This document shows positions 1 to 9,505 of a stretch of DNA of 41,365 nucleotides, piece after piece. Under the pieces are notes generated by a model that saw nothing but the letters and a program-made list of their open reading frames with translations, searched no databases and was not told the origin of the DNA. The stretch is from positions 1 through 41,365 of IMG/VR virus record IMGVR_UViG_3300025598_000072. One strand, 5' to 3'. Source of the DNA: a virus. Its lineage: Duplodnaviria; Caudoviricetes. Numbering within the stretch: position 1 is the first letter of the stretch; each line of letters begins with the position of its first letter. Both the position numbers and the translations under genes were made by a program.

Positions 1-812
1 ACGTTATTTTAATTGATAGTGAAAATGCTTTGGACGAGTCATGGTTACATAAGTTAGGCGTAGAAACTACCGAAGATAAGTTGCTTAAACTTAATATGGC
101 TATGATTGATGATGTTGGCAAAACTATTAGTGAGTTTATGGCAGAATATAAAACAATGCCTGAAGCAGATCGAGCAAAGGTATTGTTTGTCGTTGATAGC
201 TTAGGATTTTTAATGACTCCAACCGAAGTCAACCAATTCGAAGCCGGTGATATGAAAGGCGATATGGGTCGTAAAGCAAAAGCACTTAAGGCACTGGTTG
301 CTAACTGTGTTAACATGTTTGGTGCATATAATGTAGGGTTGGTTGCTACTAATCATACCTATGCATCGCAGGATATGTTTGATCCAGATGATAAAATTTC
401 CGGTGGACAAGGATTTATCTTTGCTAGTTCAATCGTAGTTTCAATGAAGAAACTCAAACTTAAAGAAGATGAAGATGGTAATAAAACTTCGGACGTTTTA
501 GGTATTCGAGCGGCGTGTAAGGTCGTAAAAACACGCTATGCTAAACCATTTGAAAGCGTACAAGTTAAAATACCGTATTCAACAGGCATGAGTCCAACAT
601 CTGGGCTCGTTGACATGTTTGAGAAGATGGGTGTACTATTTAAAGTAGGTAATAAACTAGCTTATACAGACAGAGAAACTGGAGAAATTATTTCTGAATT
701 CCGCAAAAATTGGACCGAAGATAAGCTAAAACTTATTATGGATCAATGGGATGAGTCGGTAATTAGAGCAGAAGAACCAGTCGAGGATGCAATGGAGGAA
801 GACAATGGATGA
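1..812 (+). CDS. uvsX: UvsX/RecA-family recombinase (5' truncated by window)
   Basis: Frame open from base 3 (VILIDSENALD); Walker B FVVDSLG, GDMGRKAKAL, TNHTY, SGGQG, VKTR motifs typical of phage UvsX/RecA. Confidence 0.9.
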   Translation, partial: VILIDSENALDESWLHKLGVETTEDKLLKLNMAMIDDVGKTISEFMAEYKTMPEADRAKVLFVVDSLGFLMTPTEVNQFEAGDMKGDMGRKAKALKALVANCVNMFGAYNVGLVATNHTYASQDMFDPDDKISGGQGFIFASSIVVSMKKLKLKEDEDGNKTSDVLGIRAACKVVKTRYAKPFESVQVKIPYSTGMSPTSGLVDMFEKMGVLFKVGNKLAYTDRETGEIISEFRKNWTEDKLKLIMDQWDESVIRAEEPVEDAMEEDNG

Positions 813-1056
813 GAGTTTGATTATGGAAATTTGGGATACATTTAAAGAATATATTCCAGAAAAAAATAAAGATACTGCTGCAAAGCAATATGTCGATTAT
901 TTGCTTGGAAAAGAATTTCGAGCTAAAGATCTTGAAGCATATATCGGATACGATACTCATCTCGATGATGCTATTACTGAAGTAATTGAGTATAGTGACG
1001 ACGAAGAAGAGGACGATTACGAAGACGATTCGTTTGAAGACGACGAGGATTTCTAA
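805..1056 (+). CDS. Hypothetical protein with acidic C-terminal tail
   Basis: ATG 805 after GGAGG; overlaps uvsX stop; TAATG coupling to next gene. Confidence 0.75.
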   Translation: MDESLIMEIWDTFKEYIPEKNKDTAAKQYVDYLLGKEFRAKDLEAYIGYDTHLDDAITEVIEYSDDEEEDDYEDDSFEDDEDF

Positions 1057-1514
1057 TGCCTCTTTGGTACGCAAAGGTGAGTAAGGATCTTGCTCACCTT
1101 CCCGCTTGCATCGATCATTTTTATAAAGAACTAGACGCTGCAAAGAAAGAAGTTAAACTACAAGGTAATGTAGAAAAAGCTGCTTCTCAACTTCCGGGAA
1201 TTGTAGAACAGAGATTTAATCAGCTACAAGAAATCGAAGCTGTATTAGAATATCTGAACATCGAGCTTCGCCGAGTAAGAAGTAAGACATTTAAAAAATA
1301 TCTTGAAAATTATCAACGCTCATTGAGTTCTAGAGATGTTGAAAAATATGTCGACGGCGAGGCCGATGTAGTCGACATGGAAAAGATTATTAACGAGTTT
1401 GCTCTATTAAGAAATCAATGGTTAGGGATAATTAAAGCTGTTGATCAAAAACAATGGCAAATAACTAATATTGTAAAATTAAGAGCAGCTGGACTAGAGG
1501 ATGCGAGCGTATGA
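1056..1514 (+). CDS. uvsY: UvsY-like recombination mediator
   Basis: Helical 152 aa, LSSRDVEKYVDGEADV and W-x-I-x-N-I-VKLR C-terminus; lies between uvsX and uvsW. Confidence 0.65.
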   Translation: MPLWYAKVSKDLAHLPACIDHFYKELDAAKKEVKLQGNVEKAASQLPGIVEQRFNQLQEIEAVLEYLNIELRRVRSKTFKKYLENYQRSLSSRDVEKYVDGEADVVDMEKIINEFALLRNQWLGIIKAVDQKQWQITNIVKLRAAGLEDASV

Positions 1515-2731
1515 TTTTATATGTCGAAGATTTAATTCATAGACTCGCCTGCAATGGAAATTATATATTTTCCAGTTTAATTACTATGTCAACTAATGAC
1601 CGTATGTTCTTTACCAGTTTATCTGAACAAATTTGCAGAACAAACCAAGGTCTTACTCGAAAACAGCAAAGTTTATCATTAAAACTTATTAAAAAATATT
1701 CTTCACCTCTTTCTTTAGAATTTTCTACAGATATTGATTCCTATCTTCTAAATCCTCAATATAGATTAGAAGAACGAGTAATTTCTAATGATAAAGAAAT
1801 TAAAATTGTCAAAGAATCAAACGGTGAATATTTCATCCATGTATTGTTTCCTTATGATAGCGAGCTTATTTCTCGTTTTAGGGATTATAAAAATAATTCA
1901 AAATCTTTCGAATATCGCACCGCCTATTGGGATCAAGAACTACGCCTATGGAAATTTTCATTGACGGAGCATAATATTCTTTTTCTTTCAAATTTACAGG
2001 GTTTTAAAAAGGATTCTAAATTTATCGAATTTTATAAAGAAATAACTACTTTTCAAGAAAGTATGGAATATTATATACCGATGGTGGTAAAAGATGAATC
2101 AGGTAAATTTATTTTTAAAAATGTACATCAAAATATTCCAATCTGTTCATTCGATGATATGTTAGAATCTTTACTTATTGCAAAAAAATATGGAATAACT
2201 TGCTGGAGTGAAGAAATTAACAAAGAATTAGAAGATATTAATAATGATTTATTAAAATCATTTTTAAAATCCGATTATCGAACTCAGGTTGCTTCTAGAA
2301 CACGCAAGATTGAATTAAAAGAGCTAGAAAAAATTATTTGCACTTATGATAAAATACTCTTTGTAATTCCGGGAGGACAAGAATTTAAATATCTTAACCA
2401 AAGTTATGAATTTATAAAAGAAATAGGATATAATTTTGAAAAATGCTCGGTTATGTTTAGATTAGAAAAATCTTCAGATTTGCAAAATTGCAACGAATTT
2501 ATACATAGAAATTCTTTAAATAACCCATTAGATCAACAAATAAAATTTGTTTTTATCAGTGTTAAAGTTCCTAAACCTTTGTTGGAATCAGAATTAGAAT
2601 TTGATTTGGTAATTAATTTTGGAGCAAATTCATCAGCACATTTTAGTTTACAACAGTTCTTGAAAACCCATCATAACGTTGTTACAATAAACCCTTTGAT
2701 CTATGGAGATAAGAATTATGTCTACGTGTAA
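1511..2731 (+). CDS. Hypothetical protein (406 aa)
   Basis: Long ORF with ATGA coupling; F-P-Y-D...WDQELRLWKF segment reminiscent of HARP-like domains. Confidence 0.7.
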   Translation: MILYVEDLIHRLACNGNYIFSSLITMSTNDRMFFTSLSEQICRTNQGLTRKQQSLSLKLIKKYSSPLSLEFSTDIDSYLLNPQYRLEERVISNDKEIKIVKESNGEYFIHVLFPYDSELISRFRDYKNNSKSFEYRTAYWDQELRLWKFSLTEHNILFLSNLQGFKKDSKFIEFYKEITTFQESMEYYIPMVVKDESGKFIFKNVHQNIPICSFDDMLESLLIAKKYGITCWSEEINKELEDINNDLLKSFLKSDYRTQVASRTRKIELKELEKIICTYDKILFVIPGGQEFKYLNQSYEFIKEIGYNFEKCSVMFRLEKSSDLQNCNEFIHRNSLNNPLDQQIKFVFISVKVPKPLLESELEFDLVINFGANSSAHFSLQQFLKTHHNVVTINPLIYGDKNYVYV

Positions 2732-4199
2732 GATTATTATTAAAGACGAAGTCAATGTAAAAATCGAAGGGTTAGATCTCGATACACGTAAAGACTTAGT
2801 AAAGAAATTTAAAATAGTCGATCCGACTGCTAGATTTAGGCCATCTTATCGATTAGGTCGTTGGGATGGGACTGTGAGTTTCTTCGGGATCGGCGGAACT
2901 ACATATCTAAACATGTTAGATAAGATTTTAATCGAATTAGAAAATAAAAACTATTATGTTGAAGTTGAAGATTTAAGAAAAAGTCCTTCATTAGAATTTG
3001 ATAAAATTACAGAAGAATTTTGGGGTGACAAGAGTTGGCCTCAAGGGCATCGCTTTGAAGGCCAACCTATTAGATTACGCGATGATCAAGTAGAAGTTGT
3101 AAATAATTTCTTAGCAAACCCGCAAGCACTACAAGAAGTCGCAACCGGTGCTGGTAAGACAATCATGACCGCAACTTTATCAAAAATCTGCGAAAAATAC
3201 GGTCGAACTATTACCATTGTTCCTAATAAAAGTCTTGTAGAACAAACAGAAGAAGATTTTATTAACGTAGGATTAGACGTCGGAGTTTACTACGGAGATA
3301 GGAAAGACATTAATAAAACCCATACAATTTGCACTTGGCAAAGTCTTAATATTTTAGATAAAAAGTCTAAAAGTTTTGAAGAAAATAATGAACTATTAAC
3401 CTTAGCAGAATTCCTAGAAGGAGTAAGCACTGTTATAGTCGATGAAGTACATATGGCCAAAGCCGATGTACTTAAAAAATTGTTAACACAGAATTTAAGA
3501 AATACTCCTATACGATGGGGCCTAACTGGAACTGTACCCAAAGAAGAAATTAATTTTCAAAATATTAAGGTTAGTTTAGGTGAAGTAGTAGGTCGTGTTA
3601 GCGCACATGATTTACAGCAAAAAGGTATTCTTAGTGAATGTCATGTAAATATTATACAGACAGGAGAATGGAAGGAATTCGGAAGTTATCCTGAAGAATT
3701 AAAATATTTGGTAACTAATGAACCAAGAATAGATTTTATCAGTAAAATTATTAAAGGAATTTCAGAAAGTGGAAATACTTTAATTTTAGTTGATAGAATC
3801 GAATGCGGGCATATGCTTAAAGAAAAGTTAGAAAAAATGACAGAATCTAACGTAGCGTTTGTATCCGGTGCGGTTAAAACCAAAGATCGTAAGGAAGAAT
3901 ACAATGAAGTTGCTATTAGCAATGATAAGATTATTGTGGCTACTTATGGTGTGGCCGCTGTTGGTATTAATATTCCCCGTATTTTTAATCTTGTACTGCT
4001 CGAACCCGGCAAGTCGTTTGTTCGAGTTATTCAAAGTATTGGACGAGGGATTCGAAAAGCAGAAGACAAAGATTTTGTACAAATTTGGGATATAACTGCT
4101 GCCAGTAAATTTGCCAAAAGACATTTAACCGAAAGAAAACGGTTTTATAAAGAAGCAAAATATCCATTTACAATAGAAAAGGTTAATTATAATGAATAA
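2718..4199 (+). CDS. uvsW: UvsW-like superfamily 2 DNA helicase
   Basis: ATGAGKT (motif I), DEVH (II), GLTGT (III), QSIGRGIR (VI); likely start 2718 after GGAG. Confidence 0.9.
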   Translation: MSTCKIIIKDEVNVKIEGLDLDTRKDLVKKFKIVDPTARFRPSYRLGRWDGTVSFFGIGGTTYLNMLDKILIELENKNYYVEVEDLRKSPSLEFDKITEEFWGDKSWPQGHRFEGQPIRLRDDQVEVVNNFLANPQALQEVATGAGKTIMTATLSKICEKYGRTITIVPNKSLVEQTEEDFINVGLDVGVYYGDRKDINKTHTICTWQSLNILDKKSKSFEENNELLTLAEFLEGVSTVIVDEVHMAKADVLKKLLTQNLRNTPIRWGLTGTVPKEEINFQNIKVSLGEVVGRVSAHDLQQKGILSECHVNIIQTGEWKEFGSYPEELKYLVTNEPRIDFISKIIKGISESGNTLILVDRIECGHMLKEKLEKMTESNVAFVSGAVKTKDRKEEYNEVAISNDKIIVATYGVAAVGINIPRIFNLVLLEPGKSFVRVIQSIGRGIRKAEDKDFVQIWDITAASKFAKRHLTERKRFYKEAKYPFTIEKVNYNE

Positions 4200-4854
4200 T
4201 AAATTTTCGGTAGTTATACCGACGTTATGGAAATATCCAGCTAATTTAAGATTTTTAGAAGATCTTGTAGATTACGATCTAGTTGACGAGATTATTTTAA
4301 TTAATAATAATTGGGACGATCTTCCGAAGAACTGCGCAATTTTAACTCATAATAAAATTAAAATATATAATTTTACAGAAAATATCGGAGTCAACCCAGC
4401 GTGGAACATGGGAATTAGCGTTGCAAATAATAAACAAATTTGTTTATTAAACGATGACATGGTATTTGATTTAAAATTGTTTAAAAAAATTAATCAACTA
4501 TCATTAGAAGAAACAGGAGTGATAGGTATTTCTAATGATCCGCCTATATCGTACGGTTGCATTGATATAACTCCGTGGGTCGGGCAAAATACATTAGGAT
4601 TCGGATGCTTGATGTTTGTTCACAAAGATTGGTGGGTTAATATTCCAGATTCTTTAAAAATCTACTACGGTGACAATTGGATCTTTGATACATGTTTAAT
4701 TCGAGGTAGAACCAATTATGTAATCACAGATTTATTATATCATACTGATTGGGCTACCAGTACTAGACACGTACCACCTAGTATCATTCAAGAAGAAGAC
4801 CAAATTTACAAAATTGCTATTGACGAGTTTAGAAAGAATCAGTTAAACTATTAA
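4192..4854 (+). CDS. Glycosyltransferase family 2 (GT-A fold)
   Basis: FSVVIPT, EIILINN, NIGVNPAWNMG, LLNDD, YYGDNW motifs. Confidence 0.8.
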   Translation: MNNKFSVVIPTLWKYPANLRFLEDLVDYDLVDEIILINNNWDDLPKNCAILTHNKIKIYNFTENIGVNPAWNMGISVANNKQICLLNDDMVFDLKLFKKINQLSLEETGVIGISNDPPISYGCIDITPWVGQNTLGFGCLMFVHKDWWVNIPDSLKIYYGDNWIFDTCLIRGRTNYVITDLLYHTDWATSTRHVPPSIIQEEDQIYKIAIDEFRKNQLNY

Positions 4855-4856
4855 CT

Positions 4857-5360
4857 ATGCAAATATTAACATTAGAAAACCGAACTTTTTATCTTAATGA
4901 TCTACCCGAAGAAGTAGACGATAATATGCGATTTAGCGTATTAGATAACAGCGATCCGTCAAATGCTGATTACTTCTTTATTCCTTTAATCTTCCTAGAA
5001 AGTTTTACATCACCTGCTGCTGTATTACAAATAGGTGATTATAAAATCACAATGCCTTTGGATTGGTGCACAATAGTCGGTGATCCGGAAGGCCCGGATC
5101 TCGAAGTATTGCCTCTAACTAGCTTGAATGATCGAGGTTTTAAAACTTTTTGTTTTAATCCCTTAACTTCATTTAGACCAAACTTTTTAGATATTGATAT
5201 TATTGATGTATATCGAGAAGTTAAATGGTATTTTCCAAAAATGAAACCTGGTCAACTATTAACAACTCCGTTACATGCGGGAGAAAAGCCTATTTGTTCT
5301 TTCTTTGTCAAAGAAGTTAGTAGACAAAGTGAAATTTTAGATTATACAAAATGCTGGTAA
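4857..5360 (+). CDS. Hypothetical beta-rich protein (possible degenerate HINT-like fold)
   Basis: Clean ORF in operon; fold suggestion from residue pattern only. Confidence 0.7.
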   Translation: MQILTLENRTFYLNDLPEEVDDNMRFSVLDNSDPSNADYFFIPLIFLESFTSPAAVLQIGDYKITMPLDWCTIVGDPEGPDLEVLPLTSLNDRGFKTFCFNPLTSFRPNFLDIDIIDVYREVKWYFPKMKPGQLLTTPLHAGEKPICSFFVKEVSRQSEILDYTKCW

Positions 5361-5361
5361 A

Positions 5362-5613
5362 ATGAAGAATGAAGAAATTAAAATAATCTTCGAAAGTCCC
5401 GATAGCGGTAAAACTACCTATGCTAGAATTGCCGGAACTAGTGATCGAACTGTAGTAGAGAGCGAAGATAAACCAGAAGATATTATTGACGCTATTAAAG
5501 AAAATAAATTATGGGGTCAGATTAGACGGGCGGCTAAAAAGAATGAGGCATTGCGTTTAGCATTAGAACATGCTAAATTAATTTATTATTTAGGAAAAGA
5601 TCATGGCGCTTGA
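5362..5613 (+). CDS. Hypothetical protein
   Basis: In-operon ORF, FESPDSGKTTYAR. Confidence 0.7.
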   Translation: MKNEEIKIIFESPDSGKTTYARIAGTSDRTVVESEDKPEDIIDAIKENKLWGQIRRAAKKNEALRLALEHAKLIYYLGKDHGA

Positions 5614-6061
5614 TATTAAAAGAGAACTTGCTGCGGTTGATTCTCGGGATCATAAATTTTATGACGAGCTTACTGTTGAGGAACAAAAATCTCTTAGCCC
5701 TTATGTATTGATGCGTTATATTAGTAATGTTGATTCTAATGATAGAGAAATACAAGAGTGGTTTGTAGAAATGACTAATGAATTAGTCAATAAAAATCAC
5801 TGGCAGTTAAGTAAAGATCACAAACCACTTTTATGGAAGTTAATGGCTAGTGTAGGTATAGGAAAAAGATTCTATCATCCTTATCTAGCACAAGGAAAAA
5901 AAGAAAAGATAATTAAAATCGAAAAATTAATTGCCGAACTTAATCCTGCAATGAAACTTGAAGAAGTTAAAATGCTAGCTGCCTTGATGACTAAAGAAGA
6001 TATCAAAGAACTATTCGATAATATGGGATTTGATAAAAAGCAAAGGAAAGAATATGAATAA
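5603..6061 (+). CDS. Probable clamp-loader small subunit (T4 gp62-like)
   Basis: SPYVLMRYIS...EMTNE...GKRFYHPY...helical C-terminus pattern; replication context. Confidence 0.45.
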   Translation: MALDIKRELAAVDSRDHKFYDELTVEEQKSLSPYVLMRYISNVDSNDREIQEWFVEMTNELVNKNHWQLSKDHKPLLWKLMASVGIGKRFYHPYLAQGKKEKIIKIEKLIAELNPAMKLEEVKMLAALMTKEDIKELFDNMGFDKKQRKEYE

Positions 6062-6260
6062 TATCAAAGATGTCTGCGAGTGCTATCAATGCATCATCGA
6101 TGATGATATTAAAGACCCTCTTAGTCAATTTCCTTTATACCTCACTCGAATAATATTATGTCCCGAATGTGGAAATAAGAGGTGCCCTAAAGCTACTAAT
6201 CATCGCAACAAATGTACTGGTAGTAATGAATCTGGGCAACCCGGTAGTAGGTATTTTTAA
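6054..6260 (+). CDS. Small Cys-rich (Zn-binding) protein
   Basis: CECYQC, CPECGNKRCPKA, HRNKC; likely start 6054. Confidence 0.65.
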   Translation: MNNIKDVCECYQCIIDDDIKDPLSQFPLYLTRIILCPECGNKRCPKATNHRNKCTGSNESGQPGSRYF

Positions 6261-6955
6261 TGGTAGATCTAGTAGAACAGCCGTTTACTTGTGTGCATTG
6301 CAATAAGAGTTTTATGAAAGAAAACACTCTTATCGCGCATATGTGCGAAAATAAAAGACGGGCTTTACAGAAAGACGAAAAACGTGTTCAAACAGGGTTG
6401 TTAGCATATAATAGATTCTATCAAATAACTCAGAATGCTAGAAAAGTTAAAACTTACGAAGATTTTTGTAAGAGTTCTTACTATAATGCCTTTGTTAAAT
6501 TTGGAAGTTTTATAAACAACATAAATCCTCTATATCCGGAAAAATTTGTAGAACATGTAATTAAAAGCGGTGTAAAATTAGATCATTGGTGCAAAGATGA
6601 ACTATATGAGAATTATCTATATGGTATGTTGAAAACTGAACCAGTCGAATCAGCAGTACAAAGATCACTACAAACTATGATGGAATGGGGGGATCTCAGT
6701 CAAGCACAGTTTAATCATTATTTTAATTACGTAAATCATAATAGAGCAGTACATGATATACGTAATGGCAATATATCACCGTGGGTTATATTAAATTCAA
6801 AAAGTGGAAAGAAAATGGTTGAAACTTTAAATGATGAACATTTAGAATTAATTGCTCCAGCATTTGATATTCCATTTTGGATTAATCATTTTAAAAAGAA
6901 TCCAGCTGATGTAGAATTAGTTAAAGAAATTTGCCGAGAAGCAGGTATTGAATGA
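6260..6955 (+). CDS. Hypothetical protein with N-terminal zinc finger
   Basis: FTCVHCNKSF...HMC; coupled to neighbours. Confidence 0.75.
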   Translation: MVDLVEQPFTCVHCNKSFMKENTLIAHMCENKRRALQKDEKRVQTGLLAYNRFYQITQNARKVKTYEDFCKSSYYNAFVKFGSFINNINPLYPEKFVEHVIKSGVKLDHWCKDELYENYLYGMLKTEPVESAVQRSLQTMMEWGDLSQAQFNHYFNYVNHNRAVHDIRNGNISPWVILNSKSGKKMVETLNDEHLELIAPAFDIPFWINHFKKNPADVELVKEICREAGIE

Positions 6956-7545
6956 ATATTAAAGGGGATATTGATATTGATTTTGCAGATCGTGAAGAAA
7001 TCTTATCAAAAATTCCTCATATTTCTGCTGCTCGTATTGAGCGCGGTGAATTAAAGAAACACAATACCGGTATATATCTACAGAAAATACCTGCGAATCC
7101 GATAACTAATATCGCTACTATTGATTACGAAAACGCGGAAAAGCGTGGGTATTTTAAATTAGATTTTTTAAATGTTAGCATATATAAAGATATTAAAAGT
7201 GAAGATCATTTAATTGAACTAATGAATAAGGAGCCATTATGGGAACTTTTACTTCGAGACGAATTCGTAAATCTATTATTTCATTTAAAGGGGCACGGGG
7301 ATGTGCTGAGGAAGACTTGCCCGACTTCAGTGGAACAGTTAGCTGCAGTCCTTGCGATGATACGCCCCGCGAAACGTTATCTGATTGGGAAAGATTGGAC
7401 TACGGTGATGAACGAGATTTGGGTGAAACCGGATAATAATGAATCTGAATACTATTGGAAAAAAAGCCATGCGTTTAGTTATTCATTATTAGTTATTGTA
7501 CATATGAATTTATTATGTGAACAACTAGAACACAATACAGTGTGA
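6952..7545 (+). CDS. Miniature DNA polymerase III alpha (DnaE)-like catalytic core
   Basis: DIDIDF, KHNTG, GYFKLDFL, PTSVEQLAAVLAMIRP, KKSHAFSY match C-family polymerase motifs in order. Confidence 0.8.
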   Translation: MNIKGDIDIDFADREEILSKIPHISAARIERGELKKHNTGIYLQKIPANPITNIATIDYENAEKRGYFKLDFLNVSIYKDIKSEDHLIELMNKEPLWELLLRDEFVNLLFHLKGHGDVLRKTCPTSVEQLAAVLAMIRPAKRYLIGKDWTTVMNEIWVKPDNNESEYYWKKSHAFSYSLLVIVHMNLLCEQLEHNTV

Positions 7546-7558
7546 TTTTTTAACTTAG

Positions 7559-7566
7559 TATAAATA
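7559..7566 (+). promoter_or_regulatory. T4-type late promoter TATAAATA for HNH gene
   Basis: Exact T4 late consensus upstream of AAGGA RBS. Confidence 0.6.
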
Positions 7567-7587
7567 AAATTATACTAAGGATTTGCT

Positions 7588-8256
7588 ATGTCGAGAAAAG
7601 GATGCCCAAATAAGATCCAATCAGGAATATGTTATCCGCGTAAATGTAAATTTTGTGAGCATATATCTAATAACCCTTCGACGTATCATTATCATAAAAA
7701 GACACATGAACATATACCACCTGGACAGTTGTGTGATCATGGATGCGGGCAGATTGCCTCGATGTTAAATACCAATGGAAAATATACCTGCAAAAAGATT
7801 GCACAACATTGTCCGGAATATATTAAAAAACATTCTATACGTGTTTCTAACCAATGGAAAGATGCTATAGAGAGAAAAGAAAAAACTAAAAAAACTTTTT
7901 TAAAACATTGTGTAGAAAATCCAGTTATTACAAAAAAACAGAAAGATTCTTTAAAAAAGAAATGGGGGGATCTTACTCCTGATCAAGCTAAAGATTATAG
8001 ACATTATGCTAGACGAATTAGATCAAAAGCACAACGATGGGCTAAAGAACAAGGTTATATTCTCGGAAAACAAACATATCATGTAGATCATAAATTAAGC
8101 ATTTGGGATGCATACAAGGCAGGTTTATCTGAATCTGTAGTAAATCATCCGGCTAATTTACAAATTATCGACGCCAAACAAAACAGCAGCAAAGGTTCTA
8201 ACAGTTCAATAACAGTTAATGAACTAATGCACTTGATAAGAAAAAGTGTTACTTGA
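7588..8256 (+). CDS. Free-standing HNH homing endonuclease with N-terminal Zn fingers
   Basis: CKFC...H, CDHGCG; C-terminal YHVDHKLS...HPANLQII...NSSKG. Confidence 0.75.
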   Translation: MSRKGCPNKIQSGICYPRKCKFCEHISNNPSTYHYHKKTHEHIPPGQLCDHGCGQIASMLNTNGKYTCKKIAQHCPEYIKKHSIRVSNQWKDAIERKEKTKKTFLKHCVENPVITKKQKDSLKKKWGDLTPDQAKDYRHYARRIRSKAQRWAKEQGYILGKQTYHVDHKLSIWDAYKAGLSESVVNHPANLQIIDAKQNSSKGSNSSITVNELMHLIRKSVT

Positions 8257-8632
8257 CCTTTCTAACACTACGAACTAGCTGTATAGATTTACGCTTGACC
8301 CGTTTTTCTGCAATTTCGCCTAAATTGACAATAGGCCCGAACAATATTTCTAAATCTTTTGCATTAAACGTTTTAATATATTCTCTAAAAAATATCATTT
8401 CTTTCTTTAGAAATATATTGATAGGAATTTGTCTATTACTTTCCCACCACCATATTTCACCTAATTCGATCAATTTTTGCTTGTCTGATTCGGATTTTAT
8501 ACTAGTATAATCATATATACTAGCAACATGCGTATCTATATTGAGCACAATGCCTATATATTCGATATCTTTCGATTTTATACAGGTCATAAATGGAAAA
8601 TTTTGTTGGAAGTCGTCTCTCGTTGTTGTCAT
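8249..8632 (-). CDS. Hypothetical protein
   Basis: 127 aa ORF (WWWESNRQIPINIFL); TATAAATA on - strand at 8666-8673. Confidence 0.7.
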   Translation of the reverse strand: MTTTRDDFQQNFPFMTCIKSKDIEYIGIVLNIDTHVASIYDYTSIKSESDKQKLIELGEIWWWESNRQIPINIFLKKEMIFFREYIKTFNAKDLEILFGPIVNLGEIAEKRVKRKSIQLVRSVRKVK

Positions 8633-8650
8633 GTACCATAAATATGTAAT

Positions 8651-9496
8651 ATGAAATTACCAGTCTATTTATACCCAAATTTGTTCGAAGTCATATTAGA
8701 TTTGGATGACAATAATAACAGGATTTACCAAGTTATGTATCAACGACAATTAAAACTACAAAAAGGTGTTAAAAACACTATACAAGTTCAATTTAAAAAT
8801 AGTGATCAAAAATTACTTAATGTCAGCTCCGGAACCTTCGTGATGTCGTTATTTGATGAAGTAAATCAACGTTCATTAATTCAAAAAAATATAATAATTT
8901 TAGACGACGGAGTAACTCCATTACTTCGCGGGTTAGGGCAGGTAGTATTCACAGAAAGCGATTTAGAAGCATGCGAAAGTGTTTATTATAAAATAGGATT
9001 TAAAGCATTAGATACCGATGGGAGCTACGTTCCGGCGTATGCTAACACTTATTATGATATAGCAGGAACTATCGAAGTACGTCACGATCTTTTTCCTACA
9101 TTGGTTCCTAGTCAAGAAGTAGATAATAATGCATTTATGGAATTCTATAATAGAGATACAAATGCATTACAATATGAATATTATTCGGGAAATTTAAATG
9201 CAAATCCTGCCTTTAAATCAAATGTTGCTCTGCATACTGCTGCAGTCTATATGACCAATTATATAGGGCAAGTATTGATCGAAGGCACTTTGGAAAATGA
9301 TCCTGCCACTTACGGCAATTATGCAACAATTAGTAATAAAACTTATTCAGGGTTTACAGGTATCGATTATACAAATTTTAATGGGATTTTTTCAAAAATA
9401 CGAATACGTTATATCCCTGCTAAAAATCCAGTAACCGGTCAAAATAATGATACAGCATATGCCGGAACTGTTGACAAGGTGCTATATAGAAGTTAA
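8651..9496 (+). CDS. Putative virion structural protein (beta-rich)
   Basis: ATAAATA at 8638-8644; beta-strand-rich, N/T/Y-rich composition. Confidence 0.55.
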   Translation: MKLPVYLYPNLFEVILDLDDNNNRIYQVMYQRQLKLQKGVKNTIQVQFKNSDQKLLNVSSGTFVMSLFDEVNQRSLIQKNIIILDDGVTPLLRGLGQVVFTESDLEACESVYYKIGFKALDTDGSYVPAYANTYYDIAGTIEVRHDLFPTLVPSQEVDNNAFMEFYNRDTNALQYEYYSGNLNANPAFKSNVALHTAAVYMTNYIGQVLIEGTLENDPATYGNYATISNKTYSGFTGIDYTNFNGIFSKIRIRYIPAKNPVTGQNNDTAYAGTVDKVLYRS

Positions 9497-9499
9497 AAT
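9471..9499 (+). promoter_or_regulatory. Sigma70-type promoter for primase-helicase
   Basis: TTGACA-17 nt-TAAAAT; ATG 6 nt downstream. Confidence 0.65.
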
Positions 9500-9505
9500 T
9501 TCTGT

